A DNA stretch of 46,321 nucleotides, counting the filler, from Catajapyx aquilonaris (lineage: Eukaryota): the NCBI GenBank assembly GCA_000934665.2. It is 2 parts of 2 records of this genome, joined end to end, with 100 filler letters (N's around TTAATTAATTAA, not from the genome) between each part and the next. Parts side by side here need not be neighbours in the genome. Positions count along the whole stretch, not along the records: positions 1 to 23,143 come from KZ539415.1; 1 more part is not named here. One strand, written 5' to 3'. The notes under the pieces are model-generated. The model was not told where the DNA came from and made no database searches. It saw only the letters and a program-made list of their open reading frames with translations. The stretch's first letter is position 1. Every line of letters begins with the position of its first letter. Below are positions 1-11,425 of the stretch, piece by piece. Both the position numbers and the translations under genes were made by a program.

Positions 1-43
1 CCCCCCTCCCACACACACAAAAAAATTCTGGATCCGCCCCTGT
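1..43. mobile_element. Right end of a hAT-type MITE, truncated by the window edge
   Basis: Ends CTGGATCCGCCCCTG, the reverse complement of the common CAGGGGCGGATCCAG terminus. Confidence 0.45.
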
Positions 44-177
44 GCACGGAGTACGTACTGTACGTATCCTGTACGGTTGACGAGTACGTACCCTGGTAAA
101 TTGCTACAATCAGTTCAAGTTAAATTTCGTAATAGTTCACAATAAGTTTTTAACGTCAATAGCCTACTAAAGTAGAC

Positions 178-353
178 TATAACCACTTTCAGAAAGGGAC
201 GTGACGTATGATGACGTTTCATAGAGCACCAATCAGAGTCACGATTATGTCCATCCCACCCTATAAGCTTAATGTATCCCATCTGATCGTGCCTATGATT
301 AGCTCTTTATGAAACGTCATCATACGTCACGTCCCTTTCTGAAAGTGGTCATA
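178..353. mobile_element. TA-bounded hairpin MITE
   Basis: 46-bp near-perfect inverted arms (178-223 and 308-353, TATAACCACTTTCAGAAAGGGACGTGACGTATGATGACGTTTCATA), with further degenerate pairing inward. Confidence 0.8.
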
Positions 354-1559
354 CTTTACTATTTGTTTTGTTTCTTTTTAAAACCCCGTGATGGGGCCAG
401 GGACCCTCTTAGGGGGGAAAGGGTGGTTTCCAAGGTAGGGCGCTCAAGGAGTCATTTCTGACCCTCTTAACCTTTTCTCTTGGTCCTAGGCAGAGAAGGG
501 AGTGCAAGTCTTCCCGGACATGTCGATCATACTTTATTATGCTTCATAGGATAAAACGGGCTATAGAAACGTATAGCGTAAAACCAACATATCCATACGA
601 CTATTTCACAAAACCACCCCCTTTATCCACCACCTCTAGCCTCAAATCAAATTTAGCCCATGAAGACAGACGAGGCTGGCTGCACCTTCTTGATATTTTC
701 CTCACTCGCCGTCTCAGCAAAGGATTAAGATATTAAATTCTCGTCGAGGCAAAGGCTTTGAATGGATCCAAATAATTCAAAGGAAAAATTTTCTCTCCCC
801 CTTCCCCCCAATCCTCTCCCTACCCTTCTCCCCTTTAGCCAGGTCACGTTTCTTCCTCGTACCCTCGCTTCTTTTTCCCCCCTCCTCATGCTATGCATAA
901 GCCGCCATTTTATTTCCCTCTCATTGGAGGGATGCATTGATAAAAAGGACTCCCCTGGCATCTTAAGTGATAAGGTGGGAATTTAAAGTACTATACCCCC
1001 TCAAAAATGGAAAAGACCATCACTAACAATGGCGGGGCATTTTCAAGTCTACTTTCCAGTACCATCACTAGGGGCTGTAATTNNNTCCCCCCCCCCCCCC
1101 CCCTTCTTTTCTAGTCGTCGGCAGCGTGCGTTTGAAAGGGTGGTCGTGCGTCCAATGGATCTTGGCGATATATTTTATTTTCGCCCTTCGTCGTGTCCCA
1201 ATCGCACGCACATCTCCAAACCATCTGCTACCCCACCGCCCTCTAACGTTCCTTTTATCTTTCTTTTTTTTTTCTCTCCAAGAGATCCAAACAAAATGAA
1301 GGAAGTAGAGGGAAATAAAGGTCCCTTTTGTCAAAGCACGTGCTCGGAAGCACTTTTGGAATGGGCTCGAAATGCAGGCGTTTCAGATGTGTATGGCACT
1401 TAGAAACACGTTTCGAGGATAAAATATTTAAAAATTAGATTCGTTAGGGAAGAAAATATATTTCGAGTTAGGACCCTATCGCAATAGATGCACACTTTGT
1501 ACAAAAATATTTGTAAATTGGGTATACAGGGTGTTCCAAATTCGTGGGTCGTTTTTATA

Positions 1560-2154
1560 CAGTGTGTTCCAGGTTCGTGGGTCACTTTTTGATAACTGAT
1601 ATTGCCCAATAGCAGCTATTTTTTGTAGCTTGTTGTGTCCCTAACCATGGCCTTAGAATATAGAGGTCTGGTCACTCCCCCCTCTTATAAGCTCTTATCG
1701 CCTGACGGGGCCTGACGGGGCGTTTTGCGGGAGGTGGGTACGCTTGAGGGCGCATTTCAGGGCTTTACAGACATGTGCGACCCTTCCGGACTGCGCTGAA
1801 CTTGTAGGTATATAAGAGAGAGCTTTCTTCTACCTACAAGTTCATAACAGTCCGGTAGGATCGCACATGTCTGTAAAGCCCTGAAATGCGCCATCAAGCG
1901 TCCACCTCCCGCAAAACGCCCCGTCAGGCCCCTAAGGCGATAAGAGCTGATAAAAGAGGGAGTGACTAGGGGCTGCCCCTAACCATGTGCCCCATTCTGT
2001 AACTAGTGCTATAAGGTATACGATCCGCTGGGGGTCGAATAGAGCAGGTGCTATAGAATGGAGCACATGGTTAGGGGCACAACAAGTTACAAAAATAACT
2101 GCTATCGGGCGATATCAGTTATCAAAGAGTGACCCACTATCCTGGAATACCCTG
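1560..2154. mobile_element. Tc1/mariner-type MITE of the same family, middle member of the nest
   Basis: TA|CAGTGTGTTCCAGG ... CCTGGAATACCCTG|TA; long inverted arms; internal sequence similar to the outer copy. Confidence 0.8.
1646..1975. mobile_element. Hairpin MITE with 8-bp TSD (P/hAT-like), family copy A, inner member of the nest
   Basis: TSD TCCCTAAC (1638-1645) / CCCCTAAC (1976-1983); termini CATGGCCTTAG...CTAGGGGCTG; ~300-bp fold-back at 1668-1969. Confidence 0.8.
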
Positions 2155-2568
2155 TATACAGTACCGTATACGTGATATCACCCTAAGTAGTTATTTTTGT
2201 GTAGCTTGTTATGCCCCGATCCAGGTTCCCCATTACTCTCATGGGGTCGAATATAGCAGTTGCTATAGAATGGGGGACCCGGTTAGGGGCACAAAAGGCT
2301 ACAAAAATAACTACTTCGGGCGACATCAGTTATATAAAAAAACGACCAACTAATTTGGAACACCCTATATTGTTGGCACACAGGAAGACTCCGCAAAGTT
2401 AAAAATTGGCGGTTTTGCGTAAATCACACCACTGAGTAGCATATTTTCCGCTCTATCGCCTGATGCAGTCCATTGAGTCCTAAATAAGCCATCAAGCCAG
2501 GATTTTCTGTTCACTGGCATCCAAACATTGTATTATCTTAAAACTGGGTTTTGGTGTTACTTGTTAGT

Positions 2569-2798
2569 TGTTAGTTAGTTGGTTGGTTATGCCAAAGCAA
2601 CTAAGGCTATCTGGAAATCGTATAGTCGGTTTTTGGTAATGGGAAGAAACGGGAGAATCCCGAGAAAACCCACGCAAATACGGCGAGAATCCATCGACTC
2701 TTTCCACATAAGTGTCCTCCCCCCAACCCGGGGATCGAACTCGGGACCTTAGAGGTGGAAGGCTGCAGTGTTAACCACTACACCATCGTGTCGCCCAC
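2569..2798 (-). mobile_element. tRNA-derived SINE with V/Meta-type core, apparently full length
   Basis: Minus strand: A box TGGTGTAGTGG, B box GAGTTCGATCC, core GCGTGGGTTTTCTCGGGATTCTCCCGTTTCTTCCC, (AACY)n tail. 12-bp TSD TTACTTGTTAGT at 2557-2568 and 2799-2810. Confidence 0.88.
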
Positions 2799-3999
2799 TT
2801 ACTTGTTAGTGGATTTCTCGAGTGTACCCACGATATTAAAACTATACTGGAAAAACAGTACCTATAAATTGGGCATTGTCACTTGAAGAGGTGATGGGAA
2901 AACACCACAGAGAAACTATAAATGTTAGTGCTTGTCCTTATCTCAGCGACCTTACACCAATCCTGGCCCTGTTCCTAATATAGTGACATCAGAATTGCAA
3001 ACAATCGCAATCTATATCAATCCGCAATTTTGCATGATGTCCGCTGCGATGCTCATTACCGTGCACTCGTCTCTTTTTCCCGCCATCAGGTTGGCTGAAG
3101 AGGATGGCCCCAGTAATGGCGTCCAGAGCAAAGCCTCTCTCATTGCCAAATAACTCTGAAGAGGGTCATTGGGAGCCAGAAACCTCGATCCTCTACATCC
3201 CGCACACACACATGCACATATAGTGCAGCACGTGGAAGAGAGGGATGCGTGGTTTGAAGAGGATCCCTACGATTCACAAGGTTTGGATGACCCTTGGCCC
3301 TATTTGACCATACTGCGCTCACTCGCTGCCCTCCAATTCCCATCGCCAACCCTCTTCTCATTCCCATGGGGGAGACCATAAGAACCTTTACCCACTTTGC
3401 CCTTTTATTTGTGTTGTATGGAATCTGCAAAATTAGCCTTCGATCCAGAGAGGTACAGGGCTATCGATACCAATTTACTTTGTTCTGGAGGCAGTTGGAT
3501 GGATGCGATTGTGTCACGCAAGGCCACTTCTTCTATCGGTACCAATGCTCAACTGCAATATGCCGTGTATATAGCAGAACAATCATTGCGAAGAAGACAA
3601 GTACAAAATTTGGCGTTCCATTTTATGCAAGTTTCGTCAATATTCAATTAACACCGTTTTGGAGGCGGCTAATTAATGTTAAAATTTTCCCTTACCATAT
3701 GGCTATCAGCATAATTTTAGACTCAATTTTACAACTCGTTGCCGGTGTAAAATTAGTAGAGCACCAGAACTATTCTGGTCACTTGAACGTGTGTCCACAC
3801 CAACTGAATCGGACCTACTCTAATATGAATGACTACAGTTTTTCCATATTTAATATACAGCATATCTGAAGCAAAAAATAGCACCATCTGATTCTCGCCA
3901 GCTTTCCGGGCCGCGATAAAATCAATTCTCGCTACGTTCGCTAGCTTGAGAACCAACCTTAGTGTTAAGAACCTGTTATTTTATTAGAAAACTACAGTA

Positions 4000-4143
4000 G
4001 TCACTTCTCAAAAAAGGGATTAGGCGACTTCTCCCTCGCAGACGCGCGACGCAGGTGAAAGGGAGCTCCAAGGCGGGGAACGAAACTGGGACCTTTCACT
4101 CAGAAAGCCGAGACGTTACCATCTCGGCCACCACACCTCCCCC
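4000..4143 (-). mobile_element. Degenerate tRNA-derived SINE head or fragment (second family)
   Basis: Minus strand A box TGGCCGAGATGG (4119-4130) and degenerate B box AGTTTCGTTCC (4077-4087) at tRNA-like spacing; 3' boundary approximate. Confidence 0.55.
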
Positions 4144-4167
4144 ATACGATTTTAATAGTATACTATA

Positions 4168-4951
4168 CAGGGTGAAGGGAAACTCTCGCCCAATCGCCAG
4201 GTAGACTGATAGTCCTCGCAAAAGTAATATCGGGATGTGCAATTAGTTATGGGCGCCGGTGCGTAGTTAATGCGTACGGCGTCTTTAAAGGGTAGAGGTC
4301 CAGGTGGTAAAATATTAGGTAAAAACGACAGGTGTCGCACCCGCATTCTCATTCTGACGGGATTTGATCGCCTATTGCACATGGACCAAGGCCGGATTAT
4401 TCGGAGTCCCTCGAGCTGGCTTTTACTTCTTTGAAACTGGCGGAGCGGATGTGACGTCAAGAAATGTTAAAGGTACCGTGCGCATTAACTATGCTACGGC
4501 GCCCAAAACTAATTGCACATCCCTATATTAGTTTTGCGAGTACTATTATGCGATTCACGAGTCCTGGCCTGTTAGGCTCCTCCCCCGTCCTCCGCCCTCT
4601 GAAGGCGAGGTTGCCACGTCCGCGTCCGCCATGGCCTCACACGTCTGCCAGGAGGATGGGGGAGAGCACTTGGTGGATCGCATTGGGGGGGGAGNNNNNN
4701 NNNNNNNNNNNNNNNNNNNNNNNNNNNGGGGGGGGGGGGGGGGGGGACAACCAGGCCTGAAAATACGACGAACCACCTATCTTTGTTGAGACCGAACCCC
4801 GCACCAATGGCTCCTACTCGCGAGAATCACGAGCATTCCAGGCCTGATTTGTTCCGCCGCTGACGTTGGGAGGAGGTGGGTGGAGCCTAACAGGCCAGGA
4901 CTCGTGAATCGCATAATATCAGTCTATGGGCGCGAGTTTCCCTTCACCTTG
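4168..4951. mobile_element. Tc1/mariner-type MITE hosting a nested insertion
   Basis: TA|CAGGGTGAAGGGAAACTC ... GAGTTTCCCTTCACCTTG; ~120-bp inverted arms; right arm split at a TA. Confidence 0.78.
4546..4916. mobile_element. TA-TSD MITE inserted in the right arm of 4168-4951 (spans the N gap at 4695-4727)
   Basis: Perfect TIR TTATGCGATTCACGAGTCCTGGCCTGTTAGGCTCC; TA duplicated; removing it restores the complement of the host's left arm. Confidence 0.85.
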
Positions 4952-6329
4952 CAGATGACGTAGAACAATTGATGTCAGCCAATTCAACACTGCCCATTGC
5001 TCTAGTGAAAATTTGTCTGGTAGCTATTATGCAGATAAGCTTACATCACTCAAGCCGGCGTTTTTGTCTATTGTCTCATCACCATTAGAAATAGGCCCCC
5101 GATTTGTTCCCGCGCACCAATTATTTTCAGGTTTTTACAGTGTGTAGGCACGCTCTTATCTACATCCAGCTTTCAAATCCCCAGGAAACTGAATACCACA
5201 ACCACCCCACCCCTACCTCCATCACATACCGCAGGAAAGCTGGAAATCTGGTTAACAAAGCAAAATTTCCACGCTCGAATTGGCTCGCCTGCACGATAAC
5301 TGATGCCTGTTCATTTGCAGGGGACGGATATCACATTTCCCTGCCTCCACGATATGGCGATAACAAAAGCCGCGGAAGGGTTTTTTTTTCGGGGGGGGGG
5401 GGGGGTATTCCCGGGTACACTCAGCAATTATCATGAACCGGACTTTTTCAGGTCCCCACCCTCTCTACGGATGAGATGATTTGCAGAACTATCGTTGGGG
5501 AAAAATTACGGCAGGGAAGGCTTAGTTTCGTAGGGGTTTCACGCGGATCCGGTTGAATAACCCGGAACAATGGGAGCCGGACCATTAATCCCCCCCTCAC
5601 TTTGATTTCAAGCCATATTCGTACTAGCCAAAAAATAGCCGCCATTTTTTTTTGGAAGGGGGGAGGGGGGCTAACTCGTAACCTCCAACTTGTCACTGGG
5701 ACAGAATGAAACGCAAGACGTAAGGCGTTTAAATCGTTTTACGAGCTCCCGAGTCGCTCGTAGATCAAAGAAAACGAGGCCGGGTCGCTTTTATAATGTT
5801 GGGGAAATGTGAAACAGCGCCTGCGATACAACGGTGCAAAAGCTGATGCATCGGTGCCCGTAAAGTCCCGGATTTATTCCAGCTCGCTCGTTTCTCAAAT
5901 CCACGCTGGGTTGGGAAGCGAGTTTTTTTTTTTTTTTTGATGGTTTCAAATCACAGGTTTGGGAGTGTTTATCAGATCTATAAAGTGCAATAGTAACGTA
6001 GCACATAACCAGAAATTGGTTCAACTCGGTTTTTGCGCGATTAATTTGACAACCGGTTTCCTAAAAAAAAAAAAACGTGGGCTGGTATTCAAGATAAAAA
6101 GGATCTCTTCCAGAATTTTTTTTTGTGAGGCACGATAATGTGAAGTAGAAGTGATTCCTAATAAACAAGATAGGAAATCATGCGAGCGTGATTCGATGAG
6201 ACTTTTTCTCATTCAAGTATGAGCATGTGAATCGATATATCGGCAACTTATAGATTCCAGTATCGGCTTGGGCGATAACATCATGGCTGCCGAGGACGCG
6301 CATCGCAAACGAGTCCAATGTCAGGAATT

Positions 6330-6757
6330 AATTGACGACCTTGGGGGAAGAACGATCAAAGTCCACCTCAGGTGAAACTGAGATATTCAAATTTCAAATT
6401 TCTAAGGCCCATAACGTTCTATTGTAAATCCCACTTTCGGGCCCTTCCATAGTGACCTATTATCATTACTCCACAACCACGACCAAACCATCATATTCTG
6501 CACTGGTTCGACCAAGGGGTTAACCACTTCGGTACTCCGGTGTACACCTGCAGTGGTACTCCCAGGTACTCCTTAGGTACCTTACTCTATTTGGTACTCC
6601 TTGGTAGCCTACTCCTTAGAATTTGGTACTCCAGTGTACACTTTACAGTCGAGTGGCTAACCCCTTGGGTTTGACTATCTTCTGAGATATCAGATATATG
6701 TAACTAATTTTTGACAAAAAGTGGACCTTGATCGTTCTTCTCCCAATGTCTTCAATT
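6330..6757. mobile_element. Older TIR element hosting a nested MITE
   Basis: 37-bp imperfect TIR AATTGACGACCTTGGGGGAAGAACGATCAAAGTCCAC / GTGGACCTTGATCGTTCTTCTCCCAATGTCTTCAATT. Confidence 0.6.
6513..6667 (+). mobile_element. CAAGGGGTTAACC mini-MITE (8-bp TSD, hAT/P-type), copy 1
   Basis: TIR CAAGGGGTTAACCACT; TSD GGTTCGAC/GGTTTGAC; internal GGTACTCC repeats. Confidence 0.85.
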
Positions 6758-7904
6758 TCACAGCCCCTGTGCCAGAGCGCCAGGTAAAATCCCGGGTAAA
6801 TCCCCGACACTCTAGGTCAGGAATCCAGGGAAACTAATTTCGAAATCTAACGATAACCTAACATAGACTTGAATCAGGAAAATCGGAAGTGGCAGGTCAC
6901 CTGAAGTTGACTATTTAGGTCACGCTTAATCGGAATATGAAAACCGTATGTCGCTATATTTGGCGGTTTTGGCCCTGATAGCTGTCCACAGACGGACAGA
7001 GACGTTCTATAACTTTTTCTCGATGAGAAATAGTCTGATAAAAGAGATTAAAATTTTAAATGCCTGTTGTCTGAGTGGCCTGTGCTTGAAAGTTGATGAT
7101 TTGCGATTTTCCCCATTTTAAATGGCGGTATTGCTACGACATAACATTTGTAGATCGCACAATTAATTCTAGAATATTTCACTTACCATTTTTCCATCGT
7201 CAGATAGCGCAGGAGCATCTTCGCAAAAAAATCTGCAAAAAAGATCCGCTTTCAAAAACTCATGCAAAATGAAAATAGCAAAAAGCAACTTTAATGCGTA
7301 AACGTTCACACCTGAATCTACACAGGACGACACAGCATGCAAATTGAGGTCGCCCTCCCCCGTTCCCCCAAAACCCCCATCCCAGCACCTAAATTGGCCA
7401 AAAGCTAGCCAGGGATTGTGCAGATTTTCAGAGACTAAACTCCCCCCCCCCCTCCACCTACCCCCCACCCTTTTCCCTTTGATTGCGCCCCATTGCTAAT
7501 TGGACGTCTGCATGCGGCAGAAACCGGTTTGCACCCCGCAAACTTCCTCTGCTTGCTCGTCTATTAAACATGCGGATTGGCTTAATTAGGCGACGGATAA
7601 CTCGCTATCTGCATTTTTTTGTTCTTCCCCGTTGGCAACCTGGCGGTCCTACGTCTTCAGTCTATAAGACAGTTTCAAGATTCGATATTCAGCTGCTTTC
7701 GTGATCTCTAACCAGGCCTTGATGTACCCACATCTAGTTACTTGATTATATGCGAAAAATTGTTCCAAGTGTCTACCTGCTACCTACTTCTCAACAGCTT
7801 ATTTCTCAGCCACTAGATTGCGCTGATGAATTAGGATCGTGGCAGAGGGCGCCACTCAGCGCAACATAGCCCCTTTTGTTCGTTATTAGCGACAAAGGTT
7901 GCTA

Positions 7905-7956
7905 TACACTCTTAACCATTTACCCTCTCTAGAGAAGGTAAATGGTTAAGAGTGTA
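7905..7956. repeat. 52-bp TA-bounded palindrome (minimal MITE or deletion derivative)
   Basis: TACACTCTTAACCATTTACC ... GGTAAATGGTTAAGAGTGTA. Confidence 0.75.
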
Positions 7957-8033
7957 CCTGCTATTACAGCGTTCACTTCCAGATATGCTGCATTTTTACC
8001 TACTATCCTAGATTTGTATCTGCTTAAAGATAG

Positions 8034-8142
8034 GCGTGTATCCGCTGAAGGATAGGTGTGTATCCGACGATAAGAAAAGTCAGGTCANGCGTGTATCCGC
8101 TGAAGGATAGGTGTGTATCCGACGATAAGAAAAGTCAGGTCA
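8034..8142. repeat. Exact 54-bp tandem duplication around a single N (probable assembly overlap artefact)
   Basis: 8034-8087 equals 8089-8142, with N at 8088. Confidence 0.8.
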
Positions 8143-10811
8143 TGGGTTGTGTTGGTACAGCGTACCTCTACTTATGCCAAATTCGGTCAGCCGATATGAA
8201 AGTCCTTCCTCAAAAAGTACCATACCGTGTGGTGGTTCAAATTTTAAAAATAATTTTACACAAAAATAGAGAAGCGAGTAATAATAGCCGTTCATTGTCG
8301 GTTTATTCACATGGGGGCGATCGAAAAATAGCTGCTAATGGAAACAATACTGGATGCATAGAGCGTAATTGTACAAAAATAATTTAGGATGCAATAAAAA
8401 CATCGAGCGCTATTCACAAATATATCAAGCAATGTTTATACTCACCTTTTCATGTTCCACAGTAGCTACCTAAACAAAACAACATGCACTCCCAACAGTG
8501 TTAGTTTTATTGGTTAATAAAAATGCAAACACCAATGTTGCTAGTTGAAAATAAATTCTTTTTTTTTGGTTTATTAGTATGTATAATCCTTATGTGACGA
8601 TACAACAGTCAAGCAAGTTAACAAAAATATCTGTTCCGGTACACACAGTACGTACAGTAGTACAGTAAGTCGTGATAAGGGACCAAAAGGTGGACAACCC
8701 CAAGGATTTTTTTTTCTTATAACATGAAAGTAAAGGGTAATACAGATTGGCAATAATTAATTACGCATTAGCAAATGAACACCCATAAAAATGTGGCCAG
8801 AAAGGAAAAGAAAGCAACAGAGAGTAGGAAATGTTGTTTGTAATTCGTCGACGGTTCCTGCGCCATTTAACTGTTCGGTGTCATTTTCTTGTCTTGGACC
8901 TGACAAAGATGGAGGCAACGTGTCCAGGAAACCAAGCAAGAGAGGGGGATCTTTATGAGGAAGGAAATGTCACCGAATCTTCAAACGTGAGCAGTTTTTG
9001 TATAAGGAAAACACGATCCCTCCTAGCATTGGGATTGTTTTTTGTCGCCTTCGAACTATACGTTAACAATTTTCAGAAATGTAATCATTTTTATACGTGA
9101 CTGTTCGTACAAAAAAACGACGTCGCCAATTTTGCCAGATGGAGCCGGTCAGATGATAACGCTGCAAAGGCTGTTTTTGATCATTTTTGGAAAATATTGC
9201 TCCTCAGGTTCAACTGCGCAATCCCCAACAATTCGAGTGCATCAAACTGGACGTCATTTAGTATCTATTGGGTGATATCGCCAGCTTTGCACTGTACAGG
9301 GGGTCTTTAGAATTTCACTTCTGGTATCATTAAAATGAAATACAAATAGATGTCGAACATACTAATTCTAACCTTACATATACCGTTGGCAAACAGTAGA
9401 AATCCACCAAGTCCAAGTCAGGTTTGAGTTATTTACACTAACACTAAGTATCATTTTTCTGCTATATCACTTGGTGATAGGAGTCCTAACTATTCATAAC
9501 GAGCCGGCAAGCCAGTATTTTTTTTTGCCTTTACTAGTATGTAAGCAAGTAGTGAAATGTCAATTCTTTGATTTGGATTATCTCGAAATGGGCTGTTTGG
9601 ACTTACTGGATTTCTCCTGTATACCCACGATATCAAACATGAATGAGAAAATTCATATCCAGCATAGTACTTCTTGCTAACGACCACAGATGGAGCTGTC
9701 ATCTTCAACGTTATAATTCGACTAGCTTCACATTTGGCGCATCAAGTTCGAGGCGTTGCCTATAATCCTGGTTATTAATTTTCTGCCACTTCAGACCTTT
9801 TCAGCAAAAAATCCACTTCAGTCATAGAACCCCAAAAAATTCCGAACAGGAATGATCCGTCATGTCAGTACGATTCTCCTACAAATTTTTTTGTCTTCAA
9901 AAAAAATTTTTTTTTACCCCCTCATCCAGAATTCAAGGAAGAAGGAAGAATAGAGAAGCACCAAGCGAAGAGCACCCTTCTATTGATATGAACGTATGAG
10001 AAGCACGAGGGGAGTCTTAGAGAAGATCCTTTCCTTAGATGCAGCTTTTTTTTTTTGAAAGCCTAAAAAAGGCTCGCTTGAAATGCTAGTGAGGGGAAGA
10101 TGAAGGAAGGAAGGAGGGGGGAAAAAATTGCTGGAGAAAAAAGAAGGGGGGGCGCAATGCTTTGCCGAGAAAACACTTGGGAGATACCCTAGAAATTCCA
10201 GAGCGTAAGGGAAAATCCCCCCTGCCCGGATTCGGTTAGAAAGAAAGTGGAGATCCGGAACGACTTTGCTCCCCAATTGTCTGCGCGTTTAGGAAAAGGG
10301 AAGTCCCTTGCAGAAGCTAGCTAATGGCTAAGAAGTTTCTTCTCCAGACCTGTTTCTAGGAATGGGTAGAGAAAAGGGGAGAAGGGTGTAGAGGGGGGAT
10401 GCAAAAACGTTCCACCGGATTTTGCTAAGTGTTCCGGAGGGGTTATCTGCTCGGTTGGACTCGACTGCCATTAAGTGACACTTGATGTCACCTGTTTCGG
10501 TGGGAAAGGAAAAGAAAATTTCCAACTTGTAGCACCAAATTTTTGGGAAAGGCATTTTGGGAGTAAATGTGCGCGGTTTTCAATTAGAAAAGTTTGACTA
10601 TTTTCCCCCCGACCTCCCCTAGTTTTTCCTGGGTTTTTAAAACGGAATAAGCACAGCTGCAGGTTCTTTGTCTGGAAGTTCGGCACGGCGTGGGGTGTTT
10701 TACTTGTTAAAACACTGGAAAACCTTGTTACCTATATAATAAGAACTTAATAATTGCCAGTAACTTTCTCTTACACATTTGGAAACTGCTTGGACACAGG
10801 GTGAGGCAGAA

Positions 10812-10929
10812 AAAGGGGTTATAACCACATCGGTACTCTGGTGTACACCTGCAGTGGTACTCCCAGGTACTCCTTGAATTTGGTACTCCAGTGTACACTT
10901 TACAGTCGAGTGGTTAAACCCTTGCCTTG
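10812..10929 (+). mobile_element. CAAGGGGTTAACC mini-MITE, copy 2
   Basis: Same internal sequence as copy 1; TSD AGGCAGAA at 10804-10811 and 10930-10937. Confidence 0.82.
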
Positions 10930-11022
10930 AGGCAGAACTTGGGGCCAATCATGGTCTTAGAATACTAAGGTCTGGTCACTCCCTCTTATCGCCTGCATGA
11001 GGTGCTCACATGGTCATAGATA

Positions 11023-11425
11023 CAGTACCCTGCATTAATGGCCATGCACAGACACCGCCATCTGGCGGGAAAGAGTGGAAGTAGATGAAGTTGGCTGCGT
11101 CCAAAATACTTGGGACAGCTCAAGGCTTCTCACGAGTCCGCTCAAGGCTGCTCAAGACATCACGGTGGATTAACAGGCATTCACGTGGTACGTGTAATAA
11201 CTGGTTCACAACCTCAATACATTGATAGGAATCGCAATGGCCTTATAATATTAATCCCACAGATATATCTGTGATCCGCTGTGATCCATCTTTGTAGCAA
11301 GCGTTTGAATCAACCGCGATATCTTGAGCTGTCCAAGTATTTTGGACGCAGTCCACCGGCGCCTCATTCCGCTCGTTCTTGGACAGATGGCGATGTCTGT
11401 GCATGGCCATTAATGCAGGGTCCTG
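11023..11425. mobile_element. Tc1/pogo-type MITE nested in copy B
   Basis: TA|CAGTACCCTGCATTAATGGCCATGCACAGACACCGCCATCTG with its near-perfect inverse ending CAGGGTCCTG|TA. Confidence 0.85.
11093..11353. mobile_element. Innermost TIR element (GGCTGCGTCC end, Harbinger-like)
   Basis: GGCTGCGTCCAAAATACTTGGGACAGCTCAAG / CTTGAGCTGTCCAAGTATTTTGGACGCAGTC; TSD not evident. Confidence 0.65.

Larger units (their letters stand above)
1527..2367. mobile_element. Tc1/mariner-type MITE, outer member of a nest
   Basis: TA|CAGGGTGTTCCAAATT ... AATTTGGAACACCCTA|TA; interrupted at a TA by a related copy. Confidence 0.75.

Noticed and set aside
5694..6777. Large Transib/Chapaev-like element (CACTGGGACAG ... 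CTGTGCCAGAG)
   Set aside because: The terminal match is short and imperfect, and no TSD is evident.
8034..8142. Biological tandem duplication
   Set aside because: An exact copy on either side of a single N is typical of an unmerged contig overlap.
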